NCBI GenBank assembly: GCA_013265495.1
Contig: MU058718.1
Span: 4,784,404 to 4,848,403, forward strand
From: Vicugna vicugna
Lineage: Eukaryota
Direction of reading: 5' to 3'
Length of the DNA: 64,000 bases
Every line of letters starts with the position of its first letter. Position 1 is the first letter of the stretch. Under the pieces are notes generated by a model. It searched no databases and was not told the DNA's origin. It saw only the letters and a program-made list of their open reading frames with translations. This document shows positions 24,845 through 37,345 of this stretch, piece by piece. The translations under genes were made by a program, and so were the position numbers.

Positions 24845-25770
24845 TCACCTACAGATATTTACTAAGCACCGACCCTGTGTCAGAAATTGGGTTTGGTGGT
24901 AGGATTCAGAGGGGAAGATGAAGATGTAGTCCCCGCTCAGAGCTTGCAACTGAGCAAAAGAGAGGGAGAATCAAAAAATCGTCTAAATGCACCTTAACAA
25001 GTGCCACAAAGGGGAGGCACAAGATGCTGGGTAAGTGTCTAACAACAGGGCCTTAGTTTTAGGGCTTAGGGAAGACTTGTATCAGGATGCACAATTTGAG
25101 CTGAGGTTTGAAGGGTGGATGGGAGTTGCTAGTTGGCTGGGAGTTGGGAGGGACACTTTGGGTGCATTCCCTGCGCCTGTCAAGGTCTGATGGAGGGAAG
25201 AATATGAAATGTTTGAAGAAGTGCAAATCAGGCTGTGAGTGGCTGGAACACACAGAGAGAAAGAGAACAATTTGATGTGTGTCTGGAGAGATGAGTAGGC
25301 AGCAGGTAGTCCTGGCGGGGCCACGCTAAGGTTTTGTTCTCTGCCTTACTCACAGTGGGGAGCTATTGATGTGTTTTGAGAACCGGGGGAAGGGGTAGTG
25401 GAGTGGGGATGTCAGCAGGTTTACATATCAAAAAGAACACTCTGGCTGCAGTGGATAGAATGGAAGGGCTAGGTGAGTGTCTGCCTGAGGTAGGGGGAGG
25501 ATTTGAGGGGTTTTTCAATCCCAGGGAGGTGATGGTGCCTGGATTCGAGTGGCAGCACCAGAGAGAGATATTTGGAAGATAAAATTGCAGGATTTGGTGA
25601 TGGATTTGATATGATATGTATGTGTGTGGGTCTAGGGAGTCATGGAACATTCCAGCATGACTTCTATGTCCTTGGGTGGCAGAAATAGATGGGTATTTGT
25701 ACCACTCACCGAGAGAAGAAATTGTTCGGGGTGAAAAGTCATGTAAGTTGTTCTTGGACATGTTGAATTT
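24845..25770 (-). mobile_element. L2 fragment
   Basis: ATATTTACTAAGCACC...; TTTGAGCTGAGGTTTGAAGG; AAAAGAACACTCTGGCTGCAGTGGATAGAATGGA; GCAGGATTTGGTGATGGATTTGAT. Confidence 0.8.
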
Positions 25771-25914
25771 AAGGAACTTTTGCAACTTTTTTCCACCTTT
25801 AAGATGGGATTGGAAGTTAATTCCCAACACAGTTGGGAATCATTGCCTCAGCCACAGTGTTCAAACCCAAACCCTGTCAAATCCTGCGCCGAATGCTCAG
25901 CGTCTATTCAGATC

Positions 25915-26030
25915 TGAGAGGTGGTGTTTCAGGGCTTTGGCATCAGCTGGACTTGATTTCCAAGGCTGGCTGTGACTTGGACAATTTACACCTAAACCTT
26001 GGTTTCCTTATCTATAAAGTGAAAGACTCA
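25915..26030 (+). mobile_element. MIR fragment
   Basis: GGCTTTGGCATCAG...GCTGTGACTTGGACAATTTAC...CCTTGGTTTCCTTATCTATAAAGTG. Confidence 0.7.
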
Positions 26031-29000
26031 TTGAGATGAAAGATGTACTAATTAGTAAGGCAGGACACTTTGGATGCTTGGCTTAGGAGAAGTTCTGGGT
26101 TTTTTTTATAAACTCACTTAGGTGAGGGTTGCTAAGGAGAAACATGCCTGCAGGCTATTTCCTTATCACCTTCCAATTCTGCAGGGGTACAGGTCTTCAC
26201 ACTGCTCAGGAATGCCATCCATGCCAGGACGTAGCAGAACCTGTCAACCGTTTCATCCAGCACCGTCTTTAAGACAGACAAGACTGTAGTCCCAGTAGGA
26301 CTCCCCTCTGTCTTATCTTACTTCTGTTTATCTTTCTTCTTCCCAAAGTTGTATGGCAAAAATAGACAGTTGGTTTCTTCCATTCACTTTACCTTCATTT
26401 TGTTTTGTCAATTCCAATATTCATCTTTTCTAATCGTTACTGACATTGTGTGGATCACCTCACACAATCTGGCATGCAGAAGCTACTCCACCGTCATCAT
26501 TTCTTTATCAGCAGAAGTCGGTTTTGCATTTGCAAAGACTTTCTTTAAGGCTCTAATTGCTCACTTGTGAGCGAGTAGTTAAAGCACCCAGTGGAGCAGA
26601 GCTTTCCTCCCATGTTTGGTCTGACATTGTTATGAGATGCTTTAGAAATGGTAGAAGATGAACCATGGGGAGCTTCTGCTAAGAAGCTGGCATCCTTAAG
26701 CCCAGTCTCCTGCTTGGCCAACTACTAGGCTTCAGAGATGTCACTGGATTTCAAGGCTTCTAGGGACACAACAAGGCTTGGCGAGGGGGAATTTTAATGC
26801 GTTGCTCCTAGAAGATGACTTTTGGCCATTCTGGACGGGATCTGGGCTTTGGACTAGTCGTTTGCTCTAGGAAATTTCTCCTAAGTCTTTATATAACTGT
26901 TAATATTGAATTCCTGAACTCATCTTTGTTCACTCAGTAAATACTGCTGATGCAACCATAAAATCCTATTCTTATCAAAAATTTAGTTCTCTTCTTTACA
27001 TGTTTTCTTGGTACTGGGAAACTTGACATGTGTGAATCTCTCTTATTCTTATCAATGGGAAGGTGCTAAATTAGAAACTTTCATTTAAATGTTGCTAACT
27101 GGACTCCTTGCCCGTGATTTTCACAGTCTCTCAGGTGTTAGGCACAGGGCTTTGTTCTTGCTTCTTGATTTTGGAGAGTAAGGGTCAACAGGGAGATATA
27201 ACATAGATAATTCAAGCATGTTTAGCAGATGATTTACTGAAGATTAGTTTCTTGACACCATTCTTGCCCTTTTCCATGCATATGAGGAAACATGTTATTC
27301 CAGGGGAAATTGCCATGTAACACCTGTCTTCCAGGCTCAAAGCAGCCAGAACATTGGCTTGTGGTTCTGTGTTCCTCACTGGAATTATTTTTCAACTGGA
27401 AGGCTTTTCTGAAATCAGAGTTGAGCTGTTTAATGCTGTGTGATTTGCAGGGAGAAAGAAGCCCTTGCTCAGTGTTTCCTCCAGTCCTTCCCCAACGGCT
27501 GATCCTCCCACGGCTCCCACTTTCCCACACATTTCTGAGCGAGGGCTTTATCAAAAAAAAGTGGCTACAAAAGTTTTCTTTTTATATCAACCTAAACACC
27601 AGGTTCTACTACATGCAAATAGGATGCATATGATTGCAGTGATATCATTTTATTAAAACCCATCTCATAACCCAGCTCTAAAAGGCCTTCTGTTTCTATT
27701 ACAGCTCGGTTATTGATGCTAAATAGTTCAGCAAATTGGGTTGTTGAAGCGCATCTGCCATGCATTATTCATTAAGTGCATCTTTCACAAATCAGCGCTG
27801 TCTGTGGCCTCATCCTGGCGTCTCTGTAGCATCACTTCTCGGGGTGTGTGCTTCCTTTGAGAGCCAAGAAATGGTGTCACAGGCACAGCCATCAGGCGCA
27901 CGCTTGGTTACACGGTCGTCCTCGAAGTGAAGTGCATAATGGGGAAAAGGTTTAATTAATGTTCTCCAGTAATGTGTCTGTTTATAAAGAAATAATGTAC
28001 TATAAAATTAAGCAACGTATAGCGAATGTACCTCCTAATGGCAAGGCTGGCATTTTAAGTGATCAGTAAATCACTTACATATTAAGACTTTCTTGAACAA
28101 GGGTAATAAAAGGAGACATTTGGAAATGGTAGCTACCGGTGCATACAATTAGCCACTAAATAAAACATTTTTATTGTGATCGCGGTGTTCATCACATTGT
28201 GGAACAGCCTGATCAGGAAATGTGAGAAACTGTACCTGAAGATTTTCATTTCTAACATGATGAACCGCTACACTGGAATGTAAGTCCCAGATATTTAAAC
28301 CGGCACATGACTTTCTTGAGAGGACAGCCCTGCTTTAGTTTCCTGGGGCCCTGGATTGTTTGTAAAACTGCTTAACCTGCTTCATCCCATGGTTAAGCCC
28401 TTCTTTATTTGGATTGGGGTATCTAGGTTTGGGACTTCTCCCAGATTACTTCATCGGGGCTGTCTTTCCAGCTCTTGGGGCAGAACTCTATTCTCAGGTC
28501 TTTCCTGCTCCCATCACGGTAGAGGGGACTGTCCCACTTCTGGCCTCTATAGGCATGACCAGTCCCACGTGGTTTCGTTGGTCCAGTTCTTTGGTAGGTG
28601 ATACCCCATTGCTGCTGAGGAAGAATTCTGTGGGCTGATCTGTAAGGCTTGATGTCACCCAGCTGTCACCCGGATCTATTTCACAATCCCTTTATGACTG
28701 GCCTCCTTTGATCATGGAGGTCACACCCAAGGAAACTGAATGGTCTGGGGGCTGTACTATGTTCCTCCAAGGATTCAGGCTTTACCACTAAGCTCCTCCT
28801 TTCTGGCATAATACAATTTTATCATTAACATCTTCTACTTTAAGCCTTATTAAACAACATGCTCCCAAACCATCATGTGCATTTCCCTCCCTCACTAATT
28901 AAAATTAAAAAAATTTAAAAATGGAATATTAACAAATGGTTGCACTTACTAGTTATAATTAAAAACAAACAAGAACTTGGATTCGCTGGTCTTTGCATAT

Positions 29001-31004
29001 TGTGTGTGATGAAATGGAAATTGTCCAGTGTTGAGTCTATAATATATTCAAAATGCTCTAGAAAACATTCATTTTTGTTTAATATTTTATTAGGCTAATA
29101 TATATGAGATATATTATCTTTAGAGGGCTTTGTAAAACAAAATTGTAAATTCCAAGATGTTGTGCTTAATGGCTTGTGGTGCCTGAATCCCAGATCTCCA
29201 CTGATGAATATTTGGCAGGTTGGGATGTGAGATGAGGATTTAATGAACAAAATCTAATCTAAGAGATGGAAATGCTGTTCCTCTTAAATACAGAGAAATC
29301 AATGGGCTGGAAAAGGCACAAACAGTTTCGACAGTGGCACACAGTGATTTCCATAGTGGAGGGGATGGAGGCTGGCTGGGTGGGGCATATGCTAGTCAAC
29401 CACTGCTGGTGACGAAACGTGACCATTGGGAATTATGAAGCCTGTGTCATTACCATGCCAGATCCCCTGCTTTAGTTCATGCTGGTAGTCCAGGGCCCTG
29501 AAAGGAGGTGCTTTCGATTGGCTTAAAGGCCAATGGATGTTTAACTTGATAGAACATCTTGTAATCAGGTGCTTTCTTACTGTGACTTTGAGTAATTGAG
29601 ACATAACTGTTGTTAGAAGATGGGGATTTAGCATTTTAATCAATGGAGATGGTTCCTCTTATTTCCAATTAATATTTGGCTCTAAATTCCGATCAAATTT
29701 CTCATCTAGTGAAAGTTAAAATCTCTATGAAATCTCTCTAGTTGGGATTTAGTTATGAGCCAGTGCCAGTTGCCAGGGGCAACCAGGGCAGAGGCAGGTA
29801 ATTAATTAACCTCTGTCATTGTGTACAGGTTAAGCCACTGAGTCCTGGCTTGAAAGCAGGTGGAAGTGCTTTGCTGGGCTTGGGGAAGGGGGAAGAACGG
29901 CTTGGTTTCAAACCCATTGGGCCCCTCTCCACCTCCTTTTCCCAGCAGGAAGTTAGTAGTTTTTGTCTGGAAGTCAGTATGGGAAGAAAATGAAGAGGCA
30001 GGGCACGAACTCAGGATGCTTATGGAGAAAAGATCCTCCAAGGGAATAAAACAAAACCATGAGATGGACATTAGTTATTGGTTAATGCCTAGCAGGTGGC
30101 AACAGGGCCCTTTAACCATATGTGTTTAGAAAAGGGGATGGGAAACTTCTGGGTAGTTTGGAGTTCACTCCAGCTCTGGCACTGAAGACCCACAGCACTG
30201 GGGGTGGCCTGGAGGTCTGGATTCACAGTCTGAGTGAATGACAGACATGGCCCTAGAGCGCTAGTGATGCCGACACAGCTATTTTCTGGCCATCCCTCTT
30301 CAGGTGGCCCACCTGGGTGGTAAGTGGTGAGTGGCCCTGGGCCTGCAGGGCTAATGGTCTCCCCAGAAGTGTCAGGGGATGGCAGATGAGTTTGCTCTGG
30401 AGGAACAATGTAGAAACCTTGGGGGCTTTGAAGTCTTCACGTAATCCAAGGAACAAGCCAGAGCAGAGAGTAATGGCTGGCTTCCAAGTTAAAATTTGGA
30501 ATGAATTAATAAGAATTAGAAATAAAATGATGACCAGCCAACCTGAGAGTTGAGCAGTGGGAAATGGTCTAGATCTTAGGCTTCAGAGTTATTTTTATAT
30601 TTGAAGTTTGTTTTAATTTGGCTAATGAATTCTTGCTTTCACACAGATAGAAATTCATGATATTCAAATGTATTTTGCTGTCATTACGGACAAAATACAA
30701 CAGATGCATGGGCTTCCTGTGAGCTATGAGAGTCATGGGTCAGCTCTGCTCAGGGAACTGGAGCGGGGGCAGGCAAGCGATTTTATTTCCTGTAGAATCT
30801 GGTCTTTGCTTCGTCTACTGACTGAGGGATGATTATTACGTTGCCGGAACATTGGGAAAGGGTGAGGAGGAGAAGTGGCTTCTGTGTGTGTGTTTATCTA
30901 CTGGAAGTAAGCTCTGCACAGCAGGGAACTTAGGTGTCTGCTCGCTGCCATGTCCTCAGAGCCTGGTGTATAGCAGACACCCTTGACCAATAGCCCTTTA
31001 CAGC

Positions 31005-31517
31005 CAGCTGCAAGGCCCTGCATGATCTGCCCCCGGCCTCTGCTTACCACCTCTCCGTCCTCCTTTCCTGCAACTCATGCAGCCTCAGCCACATGTTCCT
31101 TCGTGTAGTTTCGTCTACACTCCAAGCCTACTCTCACCTCAGGGTCTTTGCACTGGCCGTTATCTCAGCCTGGAATGTTCCTCCTGGATTTAGGAGGGCT
31201 CTTTTCTCATCTTCAGGTTTCTGCCTAAATGTCACTTCGTCAGTGAAGCTTCCCTCTGACCGTCTGTTTAAATTAGCTCCCCCATCTTCATGGACTTCTG
31301 TTTCTCAACTTAGCTTTATTTTTCTCTGTAGCATTTATTGCCTCTGGCATAAACATGCACATGTCTGGTTTAGGGACTGATCTGTTTTTAGTGACTCGAA
31401 CAGAAACTCCAACAGGTGAAGGATTTTGTTCACTGCTGCTTTGCAGGATCTAGAACAGTGCCTGGTGCCGAAGAGGCCCCCCCCATAAGACTGGTTGAAT
31501 GAGTGATGGAATGAATC
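31005..31517 (+). mobile_element. L2a 3' portion
   Basis: CAAGGCCCTGCATGATCTG; CTCAGGGTCTTTGCACTGGC...GCCTGGAATGTTC; TAGAACAGTGCCTGG...TTGAATGAGTGATGGAATGAAT. Confidence 0.85.
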
Positions 31518-31951
31518 AGTCTCCCACATTGTCTTGACTATAGCTGCACATATTAATAACAGAGAAATTGTAGCTCCGTATTTTCTACTTTATTCACATA
31601 TATAAATTAAAATAAGTGATTTCACTGGGGCTTGTTCCACAAACACACTTGACACGCTTGAGTGGTTATTTACACAAATATTGCCAAATAGGTAATTACT
31701 TTGAGACTGAAAAAAACAAGAGATGCAACTGAACACACAAAACACAGGTTCAAAATCGAAATTTAACGTTCCATTTTGCTAGTATGAGATCAGAGTCAAT
31801 TAAAAGGCCTCCAACGATGACTTTGACTGCGGTAGGGTTCATTGTAGGTTTTCCTTGTTCCTGGGCTGGTTTTAGTCCTCACTCCTGAGCATGGAGGAGG
31901 GACCTGTGCTCTTGGTTCTCCAGCAAAACATAACTGCTGTTTAGATCTGGA

Positions 31952-32125
31952 ACTATGTATAAAATAGATAAACAACTGTAAAGCATGGGGAACTATAGTC
32001 AAAATCTTGTAATAGCCTATAATGAAAAAGAATATGAAAAGGAATATATACCTATATATAAAACTGAATCACTATGCTGTCCACCAGAAAGTAGCACAAC
32101 ACTGTATACTTTAATTTAAAAAAAA
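31952..32125 (+). mobile_element. Camelid-type L1 3' end
   Basis: ATAAAATAGATAAACAAC...TATAATGAAAAAGAATATGAAAAGGAATATATA...A tail; degenerate TSD CTGTTTAGATCTGGA (31937) / CCGTTTAGGTCTCGA (32126). Confidence 0.88.
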
Positions 32126-33344
32126 CCGTTTAGGTCTCGAGCATGGATGACTTTCCGCTGCATCCAGTGACCCCTAGACTCGAATTGCAGAGGATAATGC
32201 TGTGAGAGCTGAAACTGCAAAAAATATTTCAACCAAGAAGTGATTCTTTTGTTACATAAAATTTCCTACAAATATCCAGAATTAAAAGTGAATAAAACTG
32301 CTGTTTAAAAAAAAATTTAAACAAAAATCTCCCTTTAAAAAAGTAGAGGGAGATTGCTTTCCTTTGGTTAATTTTGACAGATGTTTTCCCTGTGTAATTC
32401 TTTGAGAAAGTGCATGGATTGAGGCATTTAGAAACATTTTTTTTTCTTGCCTAATAATCTGGCTCCTAGTGAATAGCTCCTGGGAACAGTGGTGAACAGT
32501 GGAATCCCCCTTTGAGGGCGGGTGATGGGCTCACAGGCAGCGTGTGCACAGGCATCAAGATGCTTTAGCTCCAAGCAGTGATTTTGAAGTAAACGTCTCT
32601 GCATCTCATCTGATATTCTGCTCTTGGCTGCATTAGCTGAGCTCAAAGAGTGACTGCCTCCTCCCAAAGCTGACAAAGGAGCATTTCAGAGAGGGGAAAC
32701 TAATTTATTCTGATGGATTGTCGAGCATCAGCCTAACTAGCCTTATCTTTCTGCCCTAAAAGGTGCAAGATTCTAACCTTTGCTTCCCCAGCATCCACAT
32801 TAAACAGCAAAATGGCAGAGCCGTTCCTACCAGGAGGCATTAGTACAGCACATTAAGAACAAGGAGGATTTAAAAGCAGTGATCTTTTGAAATCAGGGGC
32901 CAGATGATCAGATATATCGACCTTCATTTTTCTCTTATTAGCAAAAGACATCTTTCTGTTTTGCTTCAAAATGGTTATCAGGAAAGTGACTGAATTCTCT
33001 AAGCTTTTATGTATGTGACACAGAACTCCTGGGCGCGTGGCTACTGGAGACATATTTGGGAATAATAATGTGCCAGTTGGACTTTGCATGACTTTCTTCA
33101 CAAAGGGCTTGGTGAATGCATTCCTGACGTGGGGGTTGTGGGGCTGAAGATTTGGGAAGTTCTCTGTTAGCCAGAGGAAAATTCCTGAATTGCAATCTTT
33201 ATTATTTTATTTTGGCTGAAATTCACTCTAACTACTCTTCATATGGTGTCTAACTTAGCCATCCTAGAGGGCCGGTTATGTGTGCTGTGTGGTGTTGGCA
33301 TGGTGGGTACTGGATCCAACAGCAGCCAGGATGACCTTAAAAAA

Positions 33345-34345
33345 AAAGTGGATTGGATCATGTCACTCTGGCTTGGCTGTCTAGAAGCTTCCCATCGTGC
33401 TTAGCGTGAAATCCAGAAAAATCCTTACTGTGGCCCCAAGGGGCTCTGGGACCATCCCCGTCTCACTTCTCTGAGCTCATCTGCTCCAGCCACTCTGGCC
33501 TCGAGTGTCCTTCAGGTGCCCTGAACTCCACCCAGTCCCAGGTTTTTCCCACCTGCTCTTCTCTCTCCTTGGAGAGACGCCTTAGGTCTCCATGTTCCTT
33601 TGTCCCCCTCATCATTCAGGTCTCAGCTAAGCTCAGCATCCCCTCATTCCTTAGTCTCCCCTGAGCACCTGATGTAACATTTCCCCTTCTTTCCTCTGTC
33701 TCTTTGTTTCCTGTGACGCGTGACACTGACTTATCTTCCCCATTGTGTTTATCTCTATCTGAAGTGCCCTGGGACAAAGATTTGAGTTTAGGTCATTTTT
33801 CTAGGAGATGATCCCAGGAGGTACAGGTGAGGGTGTGTGGAAGTGAGGCTGGACTCAGTAGAAGGCAGTGTGGGGAACGTTAATGAGCAGGTGACGGCCA
33901 TGGGCAGTTGGAGCTCATTGCCACTGGAGAACCTGAGTGAGGATGTAGGAGAGCAAGTGTCAAAGCTGTCCCACCTGAGAGCGAGGATGCTGGGGTCTCT
34001 ACCCTCTAACTGTAATCTGTTTTTGGTGGAGGGCTTTTGCTGAGGCTCTCAAGTCCCCAGCTCTTTGGGCGTGTCCTGCATGAGGGTCTGGCAAGGCAGA
34101 CGCAACGTCTTAGGTGCTCACAGGTTGGAGCTATTGGCTGGCTTGCCTGCGAACCGTGGGTACAGAGGCACAGGGGTGCCACAGGCACAGCCCTCTTGCT
34201 CATTGTGTGTATTCTGGTTTATCGACTGTCCCCCTCCTCTAGAGTGTGAGCTCCCTAAGAGCGGGAATGTTGACTATTTTGAGTTCCCCAGACATGGTGC
34301 CTGGAACCAAATAGACACGCAGTACCCATCAGATGAGTGAATGAA
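33345..34345 (+). mobile_element. L2 split by an ERVL LTR
   Basis: GATCATGTCACTCT...; CATTCAGGTCTCAGC; resumes after about 34195 with CTAGAGTGTGAGCTCCCT...GTGCCTGGAAC...GATGAGTGAATGAA. Confidence 0.7.
33765..34190 (-). mobile_element. ERVL solo LTR, LTR16-like
   Basis: GGGACAAAGATTTGAG...AGGAGATGATCCCAGGAGG; TTAATGAGCAGGTGAC..CCATGGGCAGTTGGAGCTCA. Confidence 0.65.
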
Positions 34346-35809
34346 GAGACATGGTGTTTCACTGGAGAACACAGAGCCTCTCATGTTTATTTCATTCTAA
34401 GGTGGGTAACCCTGATGTGGCAGATTCAGAAAGGAAGAGATATCACAGGAGACTTGGAAGTGGCCAAATAAATTGAGGACGTCTGGGGAAGGAGGGAGGG
34501 AGGGTTTCAGAAAGATTGGCAAGGTGTACTGGAAATGCTCTCTGGGTCAGGCCCAGGCCGAGATGCAGACTTCATGGAAACACTCCCTTTGTAAGTGGTC
34601 GCGGTCAAATCCTCCACCCTCTCTGGGATTCTGTTCCTTCAACTACTTCAGCTGCTTCACAGAGATGTTAAGATAATAAAAGGAGACAATAGATTTGAAA
34701 GCCCTTCTACTAAAAAAGTACTCTTCTGGAGAGAGCTAGTATTTAACTGCTGAAAATACGTTATGTTCAAGGTAAAATGGTTCCTAAGTGCTGAGTCCCT
34801 TTAAAAAGTGATGGCTGCAGGCAGTAGCCATTTTGATGGACAGTTACTGCTCCTGGCTGAAGTGAGTAGAACCATCCATTTCCATGGTGTGTCTGACACC
34901 CTGTGGCTGAGGAGAGCCTCAGGGGCGATCGAGTGACTCATCTTATAGAAAGCTGGCAGCTGGGGAACCAGGGGATGTAGGACACGTGTCTCGGGTAACA
35001 GGAATCCGTATCTCTGGAAATCCGTTGTGACCATTGTGATAAAGTGAATGAGCCAGGGGAGCCGGGGAGTAGAGCTGCAGGGCAGACAGCTTCTTGCTGC
35101 GGTGAGAACCGGGTGTGGAGGGAGAGCTTCTACTCTTACTTGTGGCGGGACTGTTGGGGTATTCTAGGTGATCATTTGAAAGGCTTTGATACCTTGTCCC
35201 CTGGACACTTGAAGGGCTGGGGCTGGAATATGAGTAGGGCTGCAGTATGAACGGTCCTAGCCTGGTCCCTCTGGCTCTGCGCACGCATCAGGGGGCCTCT
35301 CATCCATGCATGTGGTCCCCTGCCCCTGCCTGAAAGACCAAGCTCTAACCTCCGGCAAGCAGCCGCCCTGGCCATCCTTGGCCTGGTGGTTTGCACTCTG
35401 GGGGAGCGTGGCCTGGCTTAGGAGTGGTGGGCCAGGAGAAGAGGGCTGCAGGGGCCCTGGGGATGAGAGTCTCCTGTTTGGGTAGACAGTTCCTGGGCGT
35501 GGGGTGTGGACTAGAAGGAGGGAGGCAGGTCTGGGTGAGCAAGTCCCTTGACTTCTTGGACTTGTCACCCCAGGGGAAGAGGTGCAACCAGGAGAAATCC
35601 AGAGGCAGGATCTCTTAAAAAAAAAAAAAAGGGACTCAGGACAGGGGTGCAGGTTCCAGATCTAAGAGAAATACATCTGCTAGGCAGCTGATGTTGCCCT
35701 CGGCAGTTAAAGCTATAACAGCATGAGCAGGCAGGTTCACTGCAAAAGCCCCTAACTGTCCACTGAGACACCTCAAGGAAGCTGTTTATTGGAAGAGAAA
35801 GGTGGGTCA

Positions 35810-36320
35810 AGGCAAACTCTCCAATGGGTTGCCACTTGACTCAGGGTAAAATCGTAGTCTTTGCGGTGGCTGTGAGGCCAAACGCGGTCTGCCACCACTC
35901 TGTCCCATGACATCCTTGACCTCACCTGCCCTCTTCCCACTCCAGCTAGCACCCTGTGCTCCATCCACAGTGGCCTCCTCGCTGCCTGTCAAAGGCGCCA
36001 GGCGTGTTTGCAACAGCTCTCCCCTCTGTGTGGAATGCTCCCTCAAACTGCCCGTGCGCTCCGTTCAAATGTTCCCCTCCAAGTCACCTCACCTGACCAG
36101 TCTGTTCAACACTGACCCAGGCACTCTGCATCCCCCCATCCCTTCTGTCTCCTCCCGCTACCCCACTCCTGACTGCATCTATCACCTACTCATTTACTTA
36201 CTGACGATTTGGTCTGCCTCTGCCCTTGGGGAATGTAAGGTTCATAAAGGCAGCCTCTAGTCCCCGGAAGAATGCTTGGCACCTGTAGCTGCTCACTAAA
36301 TCTTTGTGGCATGAATGAAG
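35810..36320 (+). mobile_element. L2a 3' portion
   Basis: CTCCAATGG..GCCACTTGACTCAGGGTAAAATC; CTCCATCCACAGTGGCCTCC; GAATGTAAGGTTCATAAAGGCAG...TAAATCTTTGTGGCATGAATGAA. Confidence 0.8.
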
Positions 36321-36709
36321 TGAACTGGATTAAGGTAAGTAGCAAACATGGAGAGGAATTCCTGAGAAAAGATCATCAGAGTTTCTTAAAATGCAGAGGC
36401 TGTATAATTTCTGAAATTCTTGCCATATGCAGAGGGATACTTAAATGAAGGCTTTTCTTCCTGACCAATTTTCTTGTGGCTTCGTGGGTCGCATTTTTCG
36501 AGCCAGTAGCATTCACTGTCTCTGAGTGTGAAAATTCAGCCCAAAGCAGAGTCAAAGAAATCCAGGGGAAGCTCTTGAAATCAACAGAAACTTCTGGGAA
36601 GGTTTAGAAATGTTTCATGGAGATCAGATTGTGCACATTCGGCCTCGTTTCTCTGTATCCCTCTCAGTTTTTCCTCTCCCCTTCCCTCTGCTCTCTTTCT
36701 TCTCCTCCT

Positions 36710-36960
36710 CCTTCAAATTTGGAGCTAGGCCATGTGAGGGCTGCAGGACCCAGCGATGGACAGGGTCAGTTCTCAGGAGTCGACAGTTTGGTGGGGGAGA
36801 TTTCTGTGGGAAGAAGTCATTTCAGCAGTGGCGTGGAGAGTGCTGTCGCGGAAGCGTGCCCAAACGTTGTCGGAACAAAGATCTTGAAAGATAACTAGAT
36901 CGGTCAATGGGGATGTAAGAGGCGGCCAGGGGAACACTGGGGCACGTGGGTGGAATTCTA
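36710..36960 (-). mobile_element. Degenerate L2 fragment (CpG-rich)
   Basis: TTCTCAGGAGTCGACAGTTTGGTGGGGGAGA resembles the L2 motif CCCTCAAGGAGCTCACAGTCTAGTGGGGGAGA. Confidence 0.45.
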
Positions 36961-37097
36961 TACATTGGAGACTTGGAAGAATATGAACTTATTGTTCAGA
37001 CATTCTTAAATAAGTCTTTGGTTATTTCTAAAATGCACTACTTTTCAGGTCCCTTTCCTACCCATTCTGCCTAAATTCTGTCTCTGATTTTCTCTCT

Positions 37098-37126
37098 ATA
37101 TATACACATACACACACACACACACA
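37098..37126. repeat. (TA)n(CA)n microsatellite
   Basis: Seen directly in the sequence. Confidence 0.9.
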
Positions 37127-37184
37127 TTTATCTATACCAGTTATACTGTTGGTAAAGATATTATCAATATATCAACAGCACCTA

Positions 37185-37345
37185 TAGTAGTAATTTTAGC
37201 AACCGTCCTCAGGCACAGAGCCAGGCCCTTGGCATCAGAGACCTCATTTACTCCTTATAACGTGTCTGAGCAGACGATACCGACACCATCCTCATTTTAT
37301 AGTTGAGGAAACGGAAGCATCATGAATAAGTAACATGCAGTGATG
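37185..37345 (-). mobile_element. MIR fragment
   Basis: CCTCATTTACTCCTTATAAC...ATCCTCATTTTATAGTTGAGGAAACGGAAGC. Confidence 0.75.

Noticed and set aside
25363..25830. 155-aa minus-strand ORF
   Set aside because: Lies within a decayed L2 element
28254..28320. C-box-like ATGATGA (also near 5003, 18392 and 53352)
   Set aside because: No properly spaced CTGA D box or terminal stem, so no snoRNA call
28467..28640. Possible minus-strand terminal exon (DQPTEFFLSSNG...GAGKT*)
   Set aside because: Weak polypyrimidine tract, unrecognised peptide, no supporting upstream exons
30089..30103. Second CTCF-like motif CTAGCAGGTGGCAAC
   Set aside because: Mismatch in the CC core; could equally be an E-box; too weak to call
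35140..35329. Minus-strand segment with good acceptor and GTAAGA donor
   Set aside because: Stop codons in all three frames; at most a non-coding exon, with no evidence of use
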